Positions 45,850 to 59,959 of a DNA stretch of 64,000 nt are shown here, one piece after another (within the stretch, counting starts at the first letter, position 1; each line of letters begins with the position of its first letter). Both the position numbers and the translations under genes were made by a program. The notes under the pieces are model-generated. The model searched no databases, was not told where the DNA came from, and was given only the letters and a program-made list of their open reading frames with translations. Source of the DNA: Eledone cirrhosa (taxonomy: Eukaryota); NCBI GenBank assembly GCA_964016885.1, contig OZ024741.1, positions 285,758,001 to 285,822,000 of the forward strand. The letters run 5' to 3'.

Positions 45850-46310
45850 ATAATTGTTTCTACATTAGGGACAAGGCCAACAATTTTGGGGGAGGGGAAA
45901 ATTCAGTTAAATCGACCCCAGTGCGTTACTGATACTATATTTTATCGACCCATTAAGGATGAAACGCAAATCTAACCTCAGCGGGATTTGAAATCAGAAT
46001 GTAAAGGGCCATAACTCTATGCTGCAATAATAATGATAATAATTGTTTCTACTTTTTGTCACAAGGCCAGCAATTACCCAATACATTACTGCTACTTTAT
46101 TTCATCGACTCCATAATGATGAAAGACAAAGTTAACCAATGATTTCTAGTATAGGCACAAGGACATTAATTTGGGGGGAGGGGTAAGTCGATTAAATCGT
46201 CTCCTGTATGTTACTGGTGTTATATTTTATCGACCCCGTAAGGATGAAAGGCAAAGTTAACCTCGGCGGGATTTAAACGCAGACCGTAAATGGCCATAAC
46301 TCTATGCTGC
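45850..46310 (-). mobile_element. Tandem cluster of 3 partial SINEs
   Basis: Same SINE core, separated by (AAT)n. Confidence 0.82.
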
Positions 46311-46570
46311 AACAACAACAACAACAACAACAACAACAGCAACGACGACGACGACGGCAACAACAATAGGTTATGCAACATAAGGTTATGCAACATAAGG
46401 TTATGCAACATAATGTAACACTTATAGATTAGAAGGAATAAATTTGATATGACGAAATAATCGATGTAATATTTATTGAATATATTGAATTTCTTCGTTT
46501 TTTGCTTCTCAGCAAAAGGCACTCGAATGGCAGAAAGCAAAATAACGGAGAGTTTTACACACACACACAC

Positions 46571-46672
<102 letters not shown>

Positions 46673-46769
46673 ATAGACACATATATATATATATGTATGC
46701 GCGCGTGCATGTGTGTGTGTGTTCATCTACGTATATGTGTGTATGTCTGTTTGTAGAAATATAAGTATA

Positions 46770-47010
46770 TAAAACCAGGTCTCATCTTCAAGAACATTCT
46801 TCAAAGAGTTGGTTGGTCGCCCTATTACTCTGAACGCATGATGTATCAAGAAAAGGACTCTGCCAGCATATTCATTGTGACATTTCACATGTCCGGCTAA
46901 TGCAAGCCTCCTATGTCTTATAATGTCAGAATGAGGAGGATGTGAACTTTCGAGTGATTTATTCACTATGTGTGTCCTACAGGAAATATTTCTGGACATG
47001 CTTTCTCAGC
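46770..47010 (-). mobile_element. RTE-like LINE 3' fragment
   Basis: SDIIRHRRLALAGHV...GRP. Confidence 0.6.
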
Positions 47011-47329
47011 ATCCGTTTTTGTGAGTGATTTGTTAGTGATATGACTTGCTTATTTATACAGTGCATAATGCCATTGCACCATCCATCGGAATAATGCTGA
47101 AAACTTGACAATGCATCCGACATTCGGAGGAAGTTTTGCCTGAAATGGCTCACGCAGATGTCATAGTTCTCCTGGAAACCACCGGCAAGGAAGCTGAGAA
47201 CGGGCTACACAGATTCTTCTTGAACGCTGGCACTGCGTAATTAATGCTTCTCAGTGCAACATCTAATAAACTACACATTCACACATATATATATGTGTGT
47301 GTGTATGTGTGCGTGTGTGTGTGTGTATC

Positions 47330-47504
47330 TCGGATTCAATCGGGGGTAACAACAGTAAGGTACTCAATACACGGAGAGTATATGCAATATTTAATATAGA
47401 TATGGTGGCTTCTGCAAGACTAGAACGGTTTCATTCGAAGGAAATCAACAGGATATTCCTGATGATTTCCTTCAAATGAAGCAGGTCTAGTCCTGTAGAA
47501 GCCA
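47330..47504. mobile_element. Fold-back HHR element family E (related copy at 54475-54675)
   Basis: Arms 47407-47452 / 47458-47504 carry CTG(A/T)TGA-tttc.cttc.gaat-GAAA-ccgt-TC. Shares agtaaggtactcaatac and ctagtcctgtagaagc with 54475-54675. Confidence 0.72.
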
Positions 47505-47885
47505 TATATATATATATATATGAGTATGTATGTATGTATGTATGTATATATAGAGAAAATGATATAGATATAGATATACATATAAATATATATATTCTAC
47601 TTCCTCCGAATGTCGGGTGGTTTGTCAATTTTTCAGCATTATTCCGTCGGATAGTGCAACGACATTACTCAGTTTCCATTGGTTTTTCCAATTGATAATA
47701 CTATCTATCGGTTGCAACTTCTGGTGGAAGGAGCAACGTAAAATGAAGTGTCTTGCTCAAGGACATAACGCATCACCCGGTCCGGAAACCGAACTCCCAA
47801 CTTAACGGTTGCGACTCCAATTCTCGAAACACTCAGTCATGTGCCTTCACATTCCTCGGTCCGATTTGACGAAAGTCAATCGACT

Positions 47886-47930
<45 letters not shown>

Positions 47931-48261
47931 GAACCTTTTACGAGTAACTTATTCATTATTTTGAAAATTTGGAGGTGAACAACAGTTATTATTGAGTGGC
48001 TGCTATTTGCAGTATAGCGATATATAGGTTGCACTTACCAATGAAACGGTCGTAAATACCTGGATACAATCTTTTTATTAATGCTTACCTGTGTTTTCTC
48101 TTTTATTCTTTATACTCCAAGATTGAACGCGATTCTTACAAACTTGTGGAGTTACCCCTAACCGTACGTTGAAACCGTCCAAAAAACTGGCTATCTTAAC
48201 CACGAACTGGAAATTACAATAAGCAATGTTCTGCTTCACTAACTATATATATATATATATG

Positions 48262-48333
<72 letters not shown>

Positions 48334-48406
48334 TTTATTAAAATAACAGATTAAAGTTAAAGCAAAGAATCGGTGCTTTCGTTTTAGTCTTCAAATTTAT
48401 TATTAT

Positions 48407-48443
<37 letters not shown>

Positions 48444-48486
48444 TACATATACATATATATAAATATATATACATATATGCATATAA

Positions 48487-48528
<42 letters not shown>

Positions 48529-48530
<2 letters not shown>

Positions 48531-50012
48531 GTTGGAGGGAATAAGGAGGCGTATTCGCCATTTCTTTAAGGACCAGGGGCTCAGTATAGAAATAGACCTA
48601 AATAGGAAGGTAGTTAACTTCCTAGACACCACCCTAAACTTGAACACCGAACAATACTACCCCTACCACAAGCCCAACAGAAACTCGTATATGTTAACGC
48701 CAAATCAAACCACCCTAGATCCATAACGAAGGCAGTGGTGAAGAGTGTCTCGGACAGGATCTCCAGCCTGTCTGCAAGTAAGGAAATATTCAATAACCAC
48801 GCGGAATATTACAACGCAGCTCTAAAGAAAGCGGCACATGGCCAAAATATAATATATAGTCCGAAACGCCGGGATGGGGATAGCCCAACAGACACCCACA
48901 CCTGCGTTGCCCGGGGGGGGGGGGGGATCCTAAGATTACAGGCAGAGCAGAAACAAATAGGCACCATGTGCCCGACACCACCACACGGGCGGTGGTGACT
49001 AGTACGCTTAACCACGAGATGAAACACAATTTGAGTAGCAGTCTCAGGGGTGACGCTAACCACCCCAAGACTGACGACCCCAACCGCAGGACACGTAGGG
49101 GGGGACGGGGGACCATCCCACGATAGATCTCCCAGCGCGGGCAACGACCACCCCACAGATTCGGGCCGTGAAGAAACAAAAAGCATAGCGCCCAAAGGGG
49201 AAGCAACAGTGCGGGAACCACCAGCAACCCAACAAATCTCCAACAAATCACGACGCCCCCGACCCACAAATATAGGAGGAGACACCAAAAAATCACATGG
49301 TACAATCCACCCTACTCAGCGGCCCTAAAGAACAGCTTGGCCCGATCATTCTTTGGAGCACTTGATAAATGCTTCCCGAGGGACCATAGATACCACAGGA
49401 TCTTCAACAGACACACTGTGAAGCTATCGTATTCCACCACGAGAAATCTGGCCCAACACATAGCTAGCATCAACTGGAGTAGGCTTAAAAAACAAACACA
49501 ACCAGAAAATGGCAATACAAGCACTCAGCAGAACCATGTGAAAGGAGGGAAGTGGGGACCCAGAGCCCACTCAAGAAACCCAAACAGACCCGGGGACCTC
49601 CCACCGTGCCTGGGGGAAGACCACATGTAACACAAACGAGAACCCTAATATAGGCACGCAGAGGTCGACCACCCTCTGCAACTGCAGAAACCCCGAATCA
49701 TGCCCCCTTGGTAATGAATGCCTCATGAAGAACCTAGTATACGGTTGTAGCCCCCAACTCCGAACACCTCTACATAGGAGCCACATCAACGAGCTTTAAA
49801 GACCGCTGGTACAACCATCGCCATTCATTCAATAAGGAGGCCAAAAGGAAAGTACCACCCGATAAAGGGGGATCGTGCATATGCAAACTATGCCTGAACG
49901 AGACCCTCGAGATACTAAGAGGTGGAAGCGGCCTGATAAACCTCAGAACCGACTTCTTCGGGACATGCAGACACCTTAGAGCCGGGACCTTCCTCAAGAT
50001 ATATGGACAGTA
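48529..50012 (+). pseudogene. Disrupted PLE RT C-terminus/GIY-YIG ORF
   Basis: ORF pieces 48529-48726, 48735-48998, 49050-49328 and 49337-49630, plus downstream frames. Confidence 0.85.
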
Positions 50013-51191
50013 GCAACACAAGAAGATGAGAACTCCCTTCAAGCTATAGGGACTTCTACAGAACATGTAAACACCTCTCGGCCATACCTAAGCTATATGG
50101 GCAATAACAACACCCTAGGTTGTGAACTCCCCTCAAGCCATAGGGAACAACCCAGGCCGAGCAGACACCATGATACCCTAGAGATTGAATCGGACACAGC
50201 CATTATAATTTGGCCAACATCTATATAACACAAACACATTTTAATTTACTTGATTTCTGATTTTCAAGTTCCAATTTTAAATCTTGATTTCTCTTTATTA
50301 ATTTGTTATTTGTTTTCTGCTCTCTTCACTGTATCACCTTATATTTTTAAGTTGAGATTGATTATTACACAAACACATTTTGTTTGATTATCTTATTTTA
50401 ACATCTTGTTCCTCATACCAATCTATCCAACATATTTCTGACCTTGAGATTGGTTATAGCACACACTTTATCCTACTTTATTTGAATCTTCATTTTATTT
50501 TTCACTTCTCCATATTCATTTTCATTACATTTTCACCAATTTTTCATTTATTCTTTATTCTTTATTCTCTATTTATTATTTATTTTCTGTTTTCTTCATT
50601 TATTGCCTTATATTTCTTCATATACATGGAAGAACCTCCCCCCCCCCCACCCACCACCACCACCACCACCACTATGAGTGATGGTGGCAGGAGAGATGAA
50701 CAAAAAACACACACAGATATTTCTAAATTGTCAGCAGCAGCAAAACATAAGCTGACCACAACACCAACAAAAATACCGAAATAATGGTAGAGGTCAAATG
50801 TACTTAACAATAGCAAACACAAACACCACAGGGAGCTTCACCCCAGAAAGAATTCTATAGACTTCTGACTGAGGAATGCTCTCAAAACTGACCAATGGGA
50901 AGTTTGACACTGTTTTTTGTTATTTTGTTCCGTTACCACCTTGTTCCTTCTACCACTTTATCAATTTTTTAAGCTAACTCCAGCAATAACAACAATTAGA
51001 ATGAGGAATGTTCTAACAACTGACCAATGAGAGAAGAAGAGGCCCTTTGACACTGAAATTCGCTTGTTTGAATTCATATGATTCCAGTTCCTCAGTGAAA
51101 TAACAACCCAACCAGGAACTGGGCATATCATGTATTGACAAAATTATACACCTCAACAACATATGTACTTGTCTATACCACACTAATTTGG

Positions 51192-51246
51192 ACTGCCTGA
51201 AGAGGTCACAGCCAAAGATGGCTGTCACTGAAATATATATAGCAGT
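51192..51246 (+). ncRNA. Minimal type I hammerhead ribozyme (family A)
   Basis: actgc-CTGAAGA-ggtcacagcca.aaga.tggctgtcact-GAAA-tatata-TA-gcagt; all core nucleotides are canonical. Confidence 0.88.
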
Positions 51247-51407
51247 ATTAAACGAAGCTAAATTTTAAACATTTGACTTTTTATTTAACTTTATTTTACA
51301 TTACTCCGGAGTAACCAAACCAACATGCGCACTTCGTCGAGTGCTCCAGCCTGCATACTGAGGTGTTGGTATATAACCAACATATACTCAAAATCTATAT
51401 ATATATG

Positions 51408-51441
<34 letters not shown>

Positions 51442-51449
<8 letters not shown>

Positions 51450-51998
51450 TAAGAAAATAATGAATAAAACAATGAAACTGTTCCTTATATTAAACAAAAA
51501 AAGTTCATTATTTAACGATCGTTTCTAGGATATATATGTGTTAGAATTGGCATGCATATTCAACAGATCTATGTACAAAATTATACAAAATTATACAAAC
51601 TATCAAGATTAAATATACATACCAAACACACATATATGCCGTCTTCAGAAATAATCTTTCTGAAGACGGCATATATGTGTGTTTGGTATGTATATTTAAT
51701 CTTGATAGTTTGTATAATTTTGTATAATTTTGTACATAGATCTGTTGAATATGCATGCCAATTCTAACACATATATATCCTAGAAACGATCGTTAAATAA
51801 TGAACTTTTTTTGTTTAATATAAGGAACAGTTTCATTGTTTTATTCATTATTTTCTTAATATTTTATCTTGACTCTGTATTCCGTTTATCTTTCACCGAA
51901 AGTGATTTTTCATTGCATCTCTTCTTTCCATGATATCCGGACTACATTGAGTTCTTCATACGGATTGGACACTACCGTAAACTCTTGGTAGATTTATC

Positions 51999-52002
<4 letters not shown>
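51442..52002. mobile_element. Fold-back non-autonomous HHR element, family B copy 2
   Basis: Near-identical to 16957-17515; axis at ~51653; flanked by (TA)n. Confidence 0.85.
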
Positions 52003-52072
<70 letters not shown>

Positions 52073-52077
<5 letters not shown>

Positions 52078-53089
52078 TTATTAAAATAACAGATTAAAGT
52101 TTAAGCAAAGAATCGCTGCTTTCACCCTTAACGGGATCTTCTTAAACTAACAAAGTAATTCTGTAAACGCAGAACTGGATATTTCAAAAAGCGTTGCAAC
52201 CGGAGGAAGACAGGAAGACGATACTTTGGTTCGTGGTAACGTTCGCTGGCAAAGAACGGGAAAAAACGAATAATACGTCATTAATAGGAGCGGTGAAAAA
52301 CAATTACGCGCAAAGACAAAACCACGTTTATGGTATAAAAGAGGTCGTAGACTAATATTCTCTTAGGTGGTATATAGAGACGTTCTCTGGCAATGAACGA
52401 AAAAACGAAGATAATAAGTCATATGTGGAGCGTGGAGAACAATAGCACGCAAAGACAAAACCACGTAAATGGTATAGCAGAAATCGTAGACTAAAATACT
52501 AACTAGGAGACCAAATGAATCTCCGCTACAGAGTTAAGAACAAAGTAAATAAATACAATACAGAAGTAATAGAAACAAATAAATACATACACGCAAACAG
52601 ATACGTACATACACAAGCATACGCAAAACCTTACCATGGGTATACAAAACCACGTTTTTTCGTTCATTGCCAGAGAACGTCTCTATGCACCACCTAAGAG
52701 AACATTAGTCTACGACCTCTTTTATACCATAAACGTGGTTTTGTCTTTGCGCGTAATAGTTTTTCACCGCTCCTATTAATGACGTATTATTCGTTTTTTC
52801 CCGTCCTTTGCCAGCGAACGTTACCACGAACCAAAGTATCGTCTTCCTGTCTTCCTCCGGTTGCAACGTTTTTTGAAATATCCAGTTCTGCGTTTACAGA
52901 TTGAATTTGTTAGTTTCAGAAGATCCCGTTAAGGGTGAAAGCAGCGATTCTTTGCTTAAACTTTAATCTGTTATTTTAATAAATATTTGCTCTACGGTTC
53001 TTATATATTTGATATATATTTTCCTTATCGAGCCCTCTTTGGATTTTAGTCTTCAATTTTATTATTATTACTATTATTATTATTATTAT

Positions 53090-53093
<4 letters not shown>
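52073..53093. mobile_element. Family C large fold-back element
   Basis: ~330 bp inverted arms (52075-52405 vs 52653-52985) with HHR-like motifs at 52098-52148 (-) and 52912-52962 (+); flanked by (TA)n. Further pieces at 16887-16921, 48331-48411 and 56030-56122; related body at 2270-2420. Confidence 0.8.
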
Positions 53094-53127
<34 letters not shown>

Positions 53128-54418
53128 GCTACTTTGTAGAATCAACTTCAATTAATTGATTAAGTTTAGAAACATCGACTTTCTAAAAATGACAAAGATT
53201 GGATTACAAATCTTTACAGAATCCACTTTTTATTTATACATTACAGAGTTATGAGGTTTTCCCCTTAACCATGTTGTTGATATACAAATATTAAGCTCTA
53301 AAATATCGATATATCGATATCATTCCACGCCTATTCATAATAGAAGAACAAGACATAAAAAACAAGCAAAAGACATTAAATCCAAACTTTCAGAAGCGAT
53401 TAAAATATTTGAAAAATGAACGAAACGAATACGTCTTTCTCAATCTTAGTATAATTAAATTGATTTGGAATCAGAATTATCTAGTTGTAGTGTTTACTAT
53501 TTATGCTTGCCACGAAACGATTTGAATTAAATTTAAGCTAATTAATCTTATATGCATAAATCTTTCTACATTCATTATAAACAACCACGTCGCTTTAACA
53601 AAGGGAATTGGGATTTGAATATTATTCCTGTATTTTTTTCTGAATACGGGAAGATGCCCAAGGAAGCCGACCTCCATTCGTTGTAATTCTTTAAATATTT
53701 GGATTTTATATATGATTAGATTTTATATGCTTTTTAAGCATACATATTCTGATTTTTTCTCTGTTCGTTCTCTATCTATCAAATTAGTTTCTATATCTTT
53801 AACTTATGGGCTTTCTCTCGAAATTCTTTCTATATTTCCCTCTCTCTTACACATATCATCTCTCCCTTCTTTCTTTCTTTCTTTCTAATTTATTTATTTC
53901 TTTTCTTTCTCTCTTTCTCTCACAGTATCTCTCTCTTCACTTCTTTCTCTCTAAATGCTTTCATACTAATAGAGAAATGTTTAGAATTTTAATTTAACAG
54001 TTTTCGATCGTTAAATTTCTGAATGTCCACACAGTCATCCAACAATCCTACAAAATGATTCGCTTTCTCTCTCTAACTCTCCCTCTCCTCTTCTCTCCTT
54101 CTTAAACCATTACATATACACATTCTTTCTTTTGCACTAACACATACTCCTCTCTTTCTCTATCCGTGTGTGCATATATATATATATAATATTAAGGATA
54201 CTATTTATAGTTATGTATATTTTAAACTATAAACAGGGAAGGTCAGTAATTTATTACTACCTTATTACCAGTAAGATAAATAGCTCAATGTAATAACAGC
54301 AGTTGTTCTACAGATCAGTTATATATATATATATATAATTATATATGTATATATATATAATGTATCTATAGTATATATACATAATGTATCTATAGTATAT
54401 ATACATAATGTATCTATA

Positions 54419-54476
<58 letters not shown>

Positions 54477-55104
54477 GAAGGTCCCGGGTTGAGTCGGGGA
54501 TAACCACAGTAAGTAAGGTACTCAATACATGGCAGAGTAAAACATTTTTTATTGTATAGAAGGAGCTTCTACAGGACTACCTAAATGTATAAATACCAGA
54601 ACTTAATATGACACCCAGCTTCCTGAAGATGTCATCTGAATCTAACAGTACTAGTCCTGTAGAAGCTCCTTCTATATATATATATATATAAACAGTATAT
54701 ATATATATGTATATATATATAATGTATCTATAGTATATATACATAATGTATATATATATATATATACGTTTGCGTATGTTAGTTAAGTGGGTAAGAACAG
54801 TTACAGGCAGTACACCGTTCGAAGCACACGTGGCTGCTACGAGGTCCGTTTCGTTCTTGTTGTATCCCGGTGTTACGGCTGTAGTGTGAAGAGTCTAAGA
54901 AAATTTAAAAGAGACGAAGTCAGTGTTGCACCAAATTACAAACCTTATTATTGCATATTACAATTGTTTCAATATCGATCTGTCCAAGCTTTAATCATGG
55001 TGACGAAGCCCGACACATTTTCGACATGCCAGCATATATGCGAGCGTAGGTGTGCAAAGACATATTTAAAACTGTTTTACCTGTGTATGTTCACATATAA
55101 GATC

Positions 55105-55193
55105 GCATATCTGATGAAATGTCGCAAACTATTTGATCCACGTCACCTTGCTTCTACCCCGAGCTGGTGGATATCGAAACAGTCGTAATAAGC
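55105..55193 (+). ncRNA. Type I hammerhead-like motif with long stem II (degenerate homologue at 41901-41990)
   Basis: gcatat-CTGATGA-aatgtc...gatatc-GAAA-cagtcg-TA-ataagc. The homologue has GAAAcaattgTA and shares the downstream tatgctgcaacact. Confidence 0.7.
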
Positions 55194-55235
55194 AAATAAA
55201 TCATGTACATATGCTGCAACACTTACTTTCTCGCT

Positions 55236-55293
<58 letters not shown>

Positions 55294-55306
55294 TATATAC
55301 ATATAA

Positions 55307-55913
55307 AATTAGTATTGGTACCTCTAAAATAGCGATATATATATGAATGTATGTATAGTGTATTTTGCAATACACTGTATACTTAATTAAAAGCAATTTG
55401 AAGACCATACGCTGTTGTTTTAAAATAGTGACAATTTCACTTATTTAAATTTTCAGCAAACAGGGGAGATAAACTGACAGAGCTCTGTTTCGTACTCTTT
55501 GGTGCTCCTCCTGTTTGCTGAAAATTATGTGTATTGGATTCTTATAGAATTCCAGTAATAATCAGGAACTGATTATACAGAGCAGTCGCCGGTCCAGCAG
55601 AAATTGAAAATTAGAATTGGTGCTCTGAAATAGCGATATATATATGAATGTATACAGTGTATTTTGCAATACACTGTATGCTTAATTAAAAGCATTCTGA
55701 AGACCATACATACGCTATTGTTTTAAAATAGTGACAATGTCACTTATTTAAATTTTCAGCAATTTTTCGCCAATTCTAATTTTCAATTTCTGCTGGACTA
55801 TTTGCTGAAAATTTAAATAAGTGACAGTGCCACTATTTTAATACAATAGCGTAAGGTCTTCAAAATGCTTTTAATTAAGCATACAGTGTATTGCAAAATA
55901 CACTATATATACA

Positions 55914-55920
<7 letters not shown>
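55307..55920. mobile_element. Complex tandem/inverted element with a truncated minus-strand hammerhead
   Basis: Direct repeat 55310-55460 / 55610-55762 and inverted copy 55800-55920. Minus strand 55510->55472 reads GAGGA-gcac.caaaga.gtac-GAAA-cagagctctg-TC-agtt. Confidence 0.75.
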
Positions 55921-55962
<42 letters not shown>

Positions 55963-56116
55963 TTACATAAAAAAAAAAATATATATATATATATACAAAT
56001 ATATTTGTGTATATATATATATATATTCTGAAACTCAGAAGATCCCGTTAAGTGTGAAAGCAGCGATTCTTTGCTTAAACTTTAATCTGTTATTTTAATA
56101 AATATTTCCTCTACGG

Positions 56117-56270
<154 letters not shown>

Positions 56271-58260
56271 AGAATATATATATAAATATATATATAAGAT
56301 CTATCACAAATGTGCTTATACATGTACATGTACATGTGCTTATACATGTACATGTATGCTTATACATGTACATATATGCTTACACATGTGCCAGCACATA
56401 CCCTTGCACACTGACAAATACGTATACGAAATACATATGGCTTTAATCTATGAATCTGTATTTCTATGAAATGATAATGCATGGATATATACGATCTAAA
56501 ATAGCATCAAACATAAATCAGCCTGCTATCTCAGAGTCAAATTCGAATACCATATATCATTTGTGATATAAAATATATCACATTATCATATAACACCAGA
56601 AGAGCATTTTTCTTAGAAGTCTGATTACCTGCCAGGAAGTTTGAAAATCACGATTAGTTATACATTAATAGACTCCCATAAATTTGAACATGGATAGAGG
56701 AAGTTAAGTGTATAGAAGTAGAAGGATGCCGCCGATAATATTTCATACAACATCCAATTTTGTGTCGGCCGTAAATAATGTGTTTTGAGGCAGCGCATCA
56801 AAAGAGGTTTCATTATTAACCAGTTATGTACTGGGTAATTGCTGGCCTTGTGCCAAAAGTAGAAACAATTATTAATTGTGTTTTAACAGGTTGTTTCATT
56901 AACCTCATATTTGGAAATAAATGAATGTTTAAATACTAACTAAACCATTACATCTCAATCAATTTGATATCAAATTTTCATCAGCTCTTTTTTTTTGTAG
57001 AAATATGTGAACATAGTTCCAGTCTAATTTCGAACTTGCAACATTTAAAATAGTGATTGTGTAGACCTGTAAATCCTGATGGAGTCATAGAGGATTTGGA
57101 GTAAAATACAGCGTCTCTTGGTCATATTTTTAAATTGGAGGAGACGTCTCTCTATGTCTGAACACCGTCGATTTCGTGCAGGATTGGAGGGAGAGAGGAA
57201 GATAGAGAGGAAGAGAGGACACAGAGAAGAAACATTGACAGCAGTATTAGACTTGTACTGTTTTTATTAATCCAGGTTTGGAAATCGGAGCGCAGAAAGC
57301 CGGAACGAATACCGCGAAAAATTGTCTGACGTTCTAACCACTCTGCCAAATATGCCAATTTATAAGTGTCTTATAAAAGAGAAAATAATTGATTTGGGTA
57401 TTTTGTATTAATTTTTATTAACATCAATCCGCTTTAATGTCAAGAATTTCCGTAATTTATGTGCTATTTTTATTTATTTGTTTATAATGTTTTTACTTTC
57501 CATGATATTTACAGGACCAGCAGAGAAGAAGAGAAGTTAAATTCAAACCTATTATCAGGTTCGAATGTTTGCTAATTAGTGAAACCCCCCACCCACCCCC
57601 GACACTCCCCACAAAACCATGTAAGAGCTAAGTGGAGGGGATAAATCAAACGTTCGATTAAATATATTTTCCATATATTGCATCTAGACTGGAAACCTGA
57701 ATACATAGATCTGGAATAAATACCGTATGGCATCACGCCCGATATGCTACAGCCATAGCTAACCCACTGCATTGAGCAGATACTTTGTTATCGTAAATCA
57801 AGAGGTTTGAAGGAAAAAGACTCGGTGAGAATCAAATTTCATTCCCAGATATCAGGAACAAATACCGCAGGTAAACTCAATGTTAAGAGACATGTCATCA
57901 GAGGAATTCATGGAATGACCATCATGTAATTACTTCAGATACTTTTCATCTATGTATATATTATATAAGGCATCCTACCGTTTAAAAAACGTTTTGCTGT
58001 TATTCGAAAGAGATTTAACAGCAATAGATATCAGGCAAAATTAGGTCGAAAAGAATTTCATTTATACCAATCTCACTTACTGTTTCAACGCATTGTGTAT
58101 AACAATATGATGAGAGAGTTATGCAACATTTATATCCTTGCTATTAGTTGTAGTCCACGATTTAATATTAGTGTCACAGTATTGTAAATTAGTTTTAAGT
58201 TCATCCCCCATAAACATGAGCGGAAATAAAACCAACAATACGTGTGTATGAACCTCTCTG

Positions 58261-58385
<125 letters not shown>

Positions 58386-59959
58386 ATAAATATATATATG
58401 CTTGTGCGTATATATATGTATTGGTATAAATCGACGTTGTAGCCCCAATATATCAGATACTAATTGGGGGTGTCTGTGTGTACAGCAATGTAACCATATA
58501 TAATACCATCAGAAAATAAGTATTGTTTTGTTTGTTGATCTGCATTCTTTATTTTTATACAATTTGGTGAATAAGAAGCGTTGTTATCTTTTCAGTCAGC
58601 TAATTACAGATAAGAAGATGAGGGGAGGAAAAGGAAGGAAATGAAAAAATAAGAGCATGCATAAAACTAAATGCCTTTACACACTAAACTGTTTCTCATG
58701 TAATATGCACAATTAAAATTTTCCCCTTGAAGTACATATACACTGTTCAATTTTCTATTTTCCGGTGATATTTTTTTTATGCATGGTTATAAACGTACAT
58801 TTAATCATACAGAGTTGTATGTAATCACTCGCACATGGATACACCAACACACACACCTACTCACATACATACACGTGTGTGCGTGCACGCGCGCGTGTGT
58901 GTGTATGTGTGTGTGTGTCTGTTTGTATGTGTTTATGTGTATATTATTTTGAGAATATACAAAAGCAATGAATGATGGACGATCTTAATTTTGAGACTTC
59001 TTAAATCTTTATCATTTGATTTTTAAGACCCATCCAGATATCAAAATCTGTAAATTCCACACAGTCGCAACAACGACAAAATTTTGATTAAGAATATGAG
59101 AAATGTATGATTTATTTTCCTTTGTTTTAAAATATCATAGGAATACGAAATTACTTTAAAAAAAAAAAAATTTCGTAACGTTAATATTTAAAATAACGGA
59201 AGAAACATAGACGCCATTTCTGGAATAACTTCAATTCATTAAGTTTGGCTTCAGCACCGCTATTGATTCGTAGCCGAAGATTTTATAACCAATAGATTTT
59301 ATAAAACGTCAACTCAACTTTCTCATATGAACTGAAAGCTGTATAGTTTCTTACGCCCGATGAAATAGTGGCATAACTCCAATGATATATCTTTTTCCAC
59401 AGGCTCCATTGATTTCATGGTATATAGACTCAATTTCATTCTAGTTTCTTATTTTCTGTTGAGTTTTTTATGTCTTTCTTCCCATTTTGCATATCAAAAA
59501 TATACTTTTAAATTGAATAAATTCTGGAACGAAGGAAAAATATTCAGATTTATTCTTTATTCCAGACAATAAAAATTAGAAAGGTGAACAAATATAATAT
59601 TGCGTATTTTAATTATCTCAAAATTCTTTAATAAAATATTCTGATTATGTACATAATTAAAAAAGGTGATGACCACATGCGATATCTTGATACGTGTGAC
59701 GGAGATTTAAATGCATAAACGGAGGATGGTCTGTAATGGGATATTATCTGTCAGAGGCTGATAACATAGCTCTTGGGAAAGATAACAGATGTGTGAGGCA
59801 GCTGATTTCCTGGAGTTACTGGAGGTCATTGTGAGAAGGTTAGATTTTTCAGGAAGATATTCTTTGATGGCACCACCAGGCATATAGCATCAGGATATTC
59901 ATCAAAACCATAACCAATGGATCAACAATATCACAGCCAATAGCTCAATAACTACTAAT

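Larger units (their letters stand above)
48529..51290 (+). mobile_element. Second Penelope-like retroelement family, 5'-truncated and decayed
   Basis: [94 protein letters not shown]. Starts immediately after (TA)n; the 3' region carries a canonical HHR at 51192-51246. The 3' boundary is inferred. Confidence 0.88.
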
